Below the pieces are notes generated by a model that was not told the origin of the DNA, ran no database searches, and saw only the letters and a list, made by a program, of their open reading frames with translations. Of a stretch of 64,000 bases of DNA, positions 57,483-64,000 are shown in pieces. Each line of letters starts with the position of its first letter. Position 1 is the stretch's first letter. Source of the stretch: Phaeosaccion multiseriatum (taxonomy: Eukaryota > Protista > Ochrophyta, other classes); the NCBI GenBank assembly GCA_965112735.1, contig OZ218963.1, positions 2,356,001 through 2,420,000 of the forward strand. Reading direction: 5' to 3'. The position numbers and the translations under genes were made by a program.

Positions 57483-60400
57483 TGTTGCGATATCCCCTCT
57501 ACAGAAACAGTGACAGGCCAAGTAGTGTCAACTCTTGTATTGTTGTATACCCATGAGAGATACGTCTAAGAAGTGATGGCTTTGGCGCCACACATGTACC
57601 TCGATATTCTATGTCGATATAGTGCTCAGTCACATAAGTCGATGTTCATCGTAACACCCTCCTATGACTGAATCACTATCTCTATTGGTAGCTGACACTC
57701 TACCACAAACACAAGGAGGAAACACTTGACTTGCCCCCAAACCCCTAATAGCAAAGTCCAGAAAACCTCATACCCTAACTACAAAACTAAGTACCCCTTC
57801 CCCTTTCCTGTCTCCCTTGTAAGTCAACATCCGCACAGCCAAACCCTGGTGCACCTGTGGTGCCAATGCCTTGGTCATGATGTCTCCAAGCTGATCATTG
57901 GTGCTGATGTATCGAAAACTGACGTGTCCCTTCTTCACGTGGTACTGCAGAAAATGATACCGAACGTCGATGTGCCTCGTGCGCTTCGAGCCTGCGTTCC
58001 CATTTGCCAGCTGAATGCACCCCTGATTGTCCTCGTGTAGCACCGACTCCGTAAGAGTAGCTCCCGGAAATAGAAACTCCAGAATCCCTCTGTGAAACAG
58101 TAACTCCTTCACTGCTTCTGCCGCTGCCATGTACTCGCTCTCCATCGAGCACTGCGCAATGACCTTGAATAGTGTCGCTTTGTGAGCGATCACCCCCCCC
58201 CCACATGTAATAACGTACCCCCCTGAGCTTCTGCGCTTGTCAACGTCATCAGCCCAGCTCGAGTCAGCGTATGCCTCCAGATGAAGCCCCGCCTCTCGAT
58301 CAAACTCAATCCCCAAGTCTAAACTACCCTTGAAATACCCGAAAATGCGCTGCAATGCTGCCCAGTGTCGAGGCCCCGGCCTCTTCATAAAACGCGCGCA
58401 CTGCATGATTGCGAAAGCTGCATCAAGTCTGACCCAATTTGTGACCCACAAGATTGACCCCACTGCTGAACAATAAGGCTTGTCACTCATGAACTCCTCC
58501 TCCTCTGCTGTGAGAGGTTCCATCGTCACTGACAAGTGCACTCCTTGCTCCGCTGGTGAACCGTACGTAGGCACCTCCATCATGTCGAACTTCTCAAGCA
58601 TCGCCCTCAGGTACCCTCCTAGCGATAGACGCAGGAGTCCCTTCTCTAACTCGTAATCTACTTCTACTCCCAAAAACTTCCCCTTGTTTGACCCCAGTCG
58701 CTTCAGCTTGAAACGCTTGTCAATTTCAGTGAAGGTGCGATCGATGAGATCACCCTCCCCTGCCCCTCCCAAGTCATCTACGTACAGTACGATGAGCCCC
58801 ACTAGTTCGTCCCCCTCGAACATTGCGAAAAGACAGTGATCAACTGGGCATTGTACCCACCCCATCGCGAGTAAAAATTCCACTACCACTTCATTCCACC
58901 TCCGCGGTGACTGGTGAAGACCGTAAAGGCTCTTCAGCAATCTCAGCACTTTCCCCATCTTCCTCATGCCCTCTGGTGCTCTGATGTAAACGTACTCTCC
59001 CTCATGCAAAGGTGCATGCAGGAAAGCCGTCTCCACGTCCGCAAACTCCAAAACCCACCCCTTGTTGCATGTGATAGCAAAGAACATCTTCATAGTTGAA
59101 CTCCCCACCACCGGTGCAAATGTGTCGAAATAGTCTTCCCCCTCTATCTGCTCGTTCCCCATGACTACAAATCGACATTTGAGCCTGTCCACTATCCCCC
59201 CTGTGACCTTGGCTCTGAAGAGCATGACTGCTTGCAGCACATTCATACCATCCTCATAGTCGACCTCCTCCCATACCTGGCGTTGCTCTATAGCGTTAAG
59301 CTCCGCCCAGTACGCCTCCGTCCATTCCTCTGCGTACTCTCCCGCTTGTGCCTGGGCCAGAGTGCGCGGTATCGGTACCTCGCTCTCCTTCAGGCCTGGC
59401 ATCAAGAACAGTGGTCCGAGTAGGGAAGAGACAGCATGTCAGCGAGTACCACGCGCTGCTCCTCGTCCCAGCTCCGGATGAGCCCTCCAGTCGTGCTCCT
59501 TGGCTCCCTTGTCTCCTTCGCCCACTGGTGTGTAGGTCCAGAAGCGATTGCTGGATGGCTGCGCGGGCTGCTGTTGCTCCGCCTGCTGCTCTGCCTGCTG
59601 TTGTGCTGCCTGCCGCTGTGCTGCCTGTTGCTGCACTGCCTGTGTTGCCTGCTGCTGCTCTGCCTGCCGCTGCTCTGCCTGCCGCTGCTCTGCCTGCCGC
59701 TGCTCTGCCTGCTGCTGCTCTGCCTGCCATGGCTGTGCCTTCTCATCCCCGCCAATGGTTGTGCTCTTTGAGGCCCCCCCCGGGCCCCAGTCATCATCGT
59801 CGTCGTCGTCATCGCTGCTCTTCTCTGCTTTGATGTTGGTGACGTGGTCGCCGAACAGAGTGCCGTCGTGCCTCTGCCTCGGTAAGATCGTGTAGGATGC
59901 GCTGTTGATGATGAGATTTTGCTTCACGACGTAGAAGCGATGGCAGCCGTCCCGATGGACCGTGTCATGTCCGATATAGACGGCGTCGTAGTTGTTGTTG
60001 GTCCACTTCCCTTGTCGACCGTTGTGCCGCACCTTCGCCCTCTCTCCAAAGATTGGCTCCTTGGAGGTGTCCGGCTTCTCCTTGAAGTACTGCTCGTACG
60101 GAGATGCGCTCTCCCCGCGCTGTGTTGCAGTATTGTGGAGGAGCTGCGAGTGATTGTATGACGCCCACCCCAGCTTCTCCGTGTAGTCCTCCGGGTGCGC
60201 CTCCTTCAGCAGTCCCAGCGCCATCCGCTTCAGCACGGTGTGGCGTGCCTCGTTGAGACCGTTTTGCGCCTGACACTCCGGGTCCGTGAGCGTCGTCCGT
60301 ATCCCTGCTGCGTTGAGCCTGGCCTTTGTCCCCTTTGGCATAATGAGCTCCGTCCCGTTGTCTGCCAACATCGTCCTAACCTCATATCCCCCACTCTCCT

Positions 60401-62719
60401 TCCCTGGTTGGAGAACCGTGGTTCCGAGGTCGTTCCACGCGTTCCAAAATGACTCCATACCCTTCCCCTGCCCCACTCTGGCCCATCCCATCTTGGTGCT
60501 CCTGCATACCCACTGGTAGATGTGTGTGTGGCGGTGCCCTGGAAGCGGAAGACTGTCCAGAGTCAGCTCGTGGAGAGGCCCTCCTGCAGGTGTGACTGCC
60601 TCACGACTCTGCGGCCTCTTCTTCAGCTTTGTGTCCGCACACGTCGCACATGGTACGAGCTTCCCACAGAGCTGTACCCCCTGCTCTCGTGCTTTCCTCT
60701 TGAGCTCTTGATCGGCAATGTGCCCTTGCTGGCAGTGGAAGTCCATATAGTCGTGGAACTTCTCCCCCCCACCCTCCCGCTGGATGGTGAGCATGTCCAA
60801 GCCTAGTGGCTCGTATACCGTCGTGTGCACTGCCGTTGGTGCGTCTGCTGCAGGTCCGAAAAACACCGGCTTCCCTGGTAGCCGCTGACTGCCCCCCAGA
60901 CGATCGGAGAGGTACTTCTCCGACAGGATGGTCATAGGTGCCCCTGGTGCCACTGTGACCTCCACTCCCTTCAACCCCCTGGTCCCTCCCTCAGCCGTGT
61001 AGCTGATGTTGAGCAGCCCCTGCCCAATAACCCTCATCTGAGAGCTGCCATCCGCAAGGCCTAGGAGGCCCTGCTTCTCCACGAAGCTGTACACCCCCTC
61101 CCTGTCGCCCACAACGTTCAGCGCTGCCCCGCTGTCCACCAGTACCTGCTCAGGAGGGCTCGGTGTGGTCCTCTGTGGTGACAGGCTGTTGATCGTGAGT
61201 GCTGAGACCGGAAAGATTGCGAATGCGGAGCGCTTCACCCCGCCCTTCTTTTCCTTCTCACAGTTGGCGCTCTTGTGCCCTGGCTCTCCGCAATTGAAGC
61301 ATAGCGCTGGCTGTTCGCACTCGTGAGCGTGGTGTCCCTTTTTGTTGCAGCGGCGGCAGAGGTCGTTGGCCTTGCTTCTGCCTTTCCCTCCCTTCCCTCT
61401 GCCGCCTCCCCCTTTGTTTTTGCCACCTTGCCCCCCACCACCAGTGTTTTGACTCCCCCCTTGCTGCGTCTGCTGCTGAGCCTTCTGTACTGTGATGTTA
61501 TACAAGGCGATAGACTCCGCCCTTTTGGTCTCCTCCGCTGTTCTCCTGCGCGTGCCGTCTTGAGCCTTCACCGCCGTTTTGAATGCTCTCAGGTCTGCCT
61601 CCGATTTCAGTGCTGCGCTGTGGAAGATTCCGAATGCGTCCCAGCTTTCCCCCATCTTTTGAAGCCAGGTGTCTTTCTTCTCGTTAACACTGACGTACTT
61701 CCTCACGTCGTCCTGCTCAGCATCCTGTAGGTCCATGATGCGCTCCATTTTTGATAAAGAAGCCAAGCCCTGTGTCCTCTGCTGTGGGACTTAGAGCCGT
61801 GAGCTGATCTGACAGAAACATTTTCCTCTGTGCCGGGGTGTTTCCCAAAACTGCCTCCTTGATGCCATCCATCAGCAGAATGATGTCCACCTCGAACTGG
61901 TGTGTTTGCGCCCCCGCCTCCACAATGTTCCTGACGCCCTCCGGTATTTTGCTCAGTATCTGTGCCCCGAGCTGCTGGTAGAGGCTGAAAGTGAGTGCAT
62001 ATTTCGGGTCCCGTCCCGAGTCCTCCCCCGTTGGAAGAATGCTGCTGTCCCACAGGAAAGCTTTCGCCCCTATCCCATCTATGTACCCCTTGACCCCTCT
62101 GTCAAAGCGTACGTACTCCTCGATGCTAGTATCCTTCATCTCCGCCTCCAGCGTCAGATTTTTAGGTTTGTAGGTGAGCTGCAAAAGCTCCCCCTGACTG
62201 TCCTCCTCGTCTGAGCTGCTGCCGTCCTCCTGTCTGCCCTCGGCCGCCGTGGCACCTCCCATCGATACCACCCGTGATCCAGATCCCCTGACCTGGGTTG
62301 CCGCTCCCTTTTGGAGAGCGTCTGTGAGATCCTGCAGTTTGTCATTCATTCTCAGGATGTGCTCCCACAGTGCTTCCGTAGACCTGTCTCCCCCCCCACC
62401 GCCCGATCCGGTAGGATTAGAGCTGGAGCTTCCCGTGCCCCCGCTCTCCCTGCCTCCTTCTGCCTCGTTGCCCGTCATGGCTACGTGCAGGACGTCCCCT
62501 TTCTCTCCTAGAGCTTTCCGACCAAAAAACCCGCCTGTGTGTCGCCGACCACCTTTGTAGAACCAGCTAGCTGTGAAGTGTCGCGACAGCTGTCGTGTTG
62601 CGATATCCCCTCTACAGAAACAGTGACAGGCCAAGTAGTGTACATCTAAGAAGTGATGGCTTTGGCGCCACACATGTACCTCGATATTCTATGTCGATAT
62701 AGTGCTCAGTCACATAAGT
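57483..62719 (-). mobile_element. Near full-length Ty1/copia element (3' LTR 57483-57656; 5' LTR from 62596, interrupted at 62720)
   Basis: LTR similarity; PPT AGGAGGG; gag-PR-INT-RT-RH order. Confidence 0.93.
57768..62478 (-). pseudogene. Copia gag-pol with one frameshift (~61750) and one in-frame TGA (59439-59441)
   Basis: Two CCHC knuckles; LVDSGAA; HHCC; ADNGTE, QNGLNE; LYVDDL; YADSSWA; RHIDVRYHF. Confidence 0.9.
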
Positions 62720-64000
62720 TGTGCTAAGCTAAGATAGTAGAAACGTTAAGGGGTTTGGACTAAGTATATGCTGCGCCTATGGTGGGGCGTCAGTGTCCGT
62801 ATTGATAATATATCTCTACTACTTGCTGATGCAAAGCTTGTGCCCACAAAGAGGAGGGTGAAACGCCAGAGCCGTTGATCCCCCTCGGGGCGTGCCTAGG
62901 AAACCGACATTCTTATTATACCCCAGAATGTGTGACCGGAAACCCTCAGGCAGGACAATCTACCACACTACCCCCAAGCGACAGTTCGAGCCGACTGGGA
63001 AGTAAGTGTGTCTATCTAGTTTGTGTCCACTTTCGTGTGCGCGCGGAGCGCGGCGGCTTAGTAGCCGATCGCGTCGTAGTCTTGCGCAGATAGGCTCGGA
63101 CTGCGCTGATCAACTGCTTGTCCTGATGGTGCTGCGGGTAGGTCTCCAGTAAACGTGGAGTATCTTCGTGCAGCGCCTCGATGGGCTCCTCGCTATTCTC
63201 GAGGGCGTCAAAGCCACGCCACTTAACAATGACGTGCCATGAAGCATCTGCGTGCTTAACGAGGCCTTCAAAGGCCTCCACCACAAAGTCTTGGGTGTTA
63301 TACGAAATCTGTTGAAGTACGTCGGTAGTGACGTTAACGTGAGCACCGCAGTAGTAGCGGAGTCGGCTGATGTGTACCTCATAGGTACGCTTCTTGCCCA
63401 CAAGCTCCTCCACCTTGTACACGTGTTGCTCAAGGGCTTCAAGCACTCGGCAGGGCCCATGCCACTTGCCTAGTATCTTGCTTGTAGGCCCTACTGTTGC
63501 AACGAGTACGTAGACTCCGACCTGAAACAGGGTCTCGCTGTTGAGCTGCTTAGCTCTGGCCAAGTCCAGACGATGCTCTGCACCACGTCTGCCACTCATC
63601 AACCTCTGGTTGATGCCATCGCGCTTGTGATCGCGGAGGGTAGTCAGTTGGCGCGCCGCCTCGGCACGCTGCCCCTCCTTCCTCTGATGGAGTTGTGTCG
63701 CAAGGGTGTCTCTCTGCGCCGGGGTCAGCTGCAGTAGCCGAACCTTTTGCATTCGATCCGCGTCGTGGATCAAAATCGTGTCGAGAGGCCGCTGTGGTAC
63801 GTGACCACTGTGCAGCTGGATGGGAGACAAGTTAGACCGACTGCTCTTGTTGGAGCTGTTCTCAACAGCCTCCATCACTGGCAGTAGCTGCGGCCATGTC
63901 TCGGGCGGCTGCCGTAGTTCAGACATCATTGATCTCATGATCTTCTGCAGTGTCTGTACACCACGCTCGCCCAATCCTCGACTGTATGGGTTGTGTGCCA
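62720..64000 (-). mobile_element. Second copy of the 39562 gypsy (3' LTR 62720-62967; integrase-chromodomain ORF ending at 63012), runs off window
   Basis: Near-identical to 44080-46013 without the hairpin insertion. Confidence 0.95.

Noticed and set aside
59400-59445. Programmed TGA-C readthrough in copia pol
   Set aside because: The homologous region of the copia fragment at 54130-54890 has no stop and this copy also has an A-run frameshift, so decay is simpler.

Overview
Eukaryotic genomic DNA with GT-AG introns; the GMD sequence looks stramenopile/algal (inference). Most of the window is nested mobile DNA: Ty3/gypsy and Ty1/copia LTR retrotransposons, non-autonomous TRIM/LARD-like derivatives, and MITEs. 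Only three host-type genes are present, all related to fucose or sulfated glycans: a fucosyltransferase-fold gene (13671-15161, -), a spliced GT8 glycosyltransferase-sulfotransferase fusion (24436-28207, +) and GDP-mannose 4,6-dehydratase (31281-32520, +). The main candidate novel system is a set of at least 4 families (about 25 copies or fragments) of small non-coding elements built as hairpin-spacer-hairpin (H ~90 bp, S ~130-175 bp). They end TGT...ACA, resemble the termini of co-resident LTRs and make TSDs of the same length. One terminal hairpin has a fixed orientation, the other occurs as flip/flop isomers, and inverted dimers are always centred on the variable end. Two other notable results: removing three nested insertions restores a chromovirus-type Pol with an in-frame DEDDy 3'-5' exonuclease between RNase H and integrase, and no inspectable 5' LTR has a tRNA PBS (each has a Tf1-like self-priming complement or a perfect 12-14 bp palindrome instead). 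All calls are from visual reading; no database searches were run.
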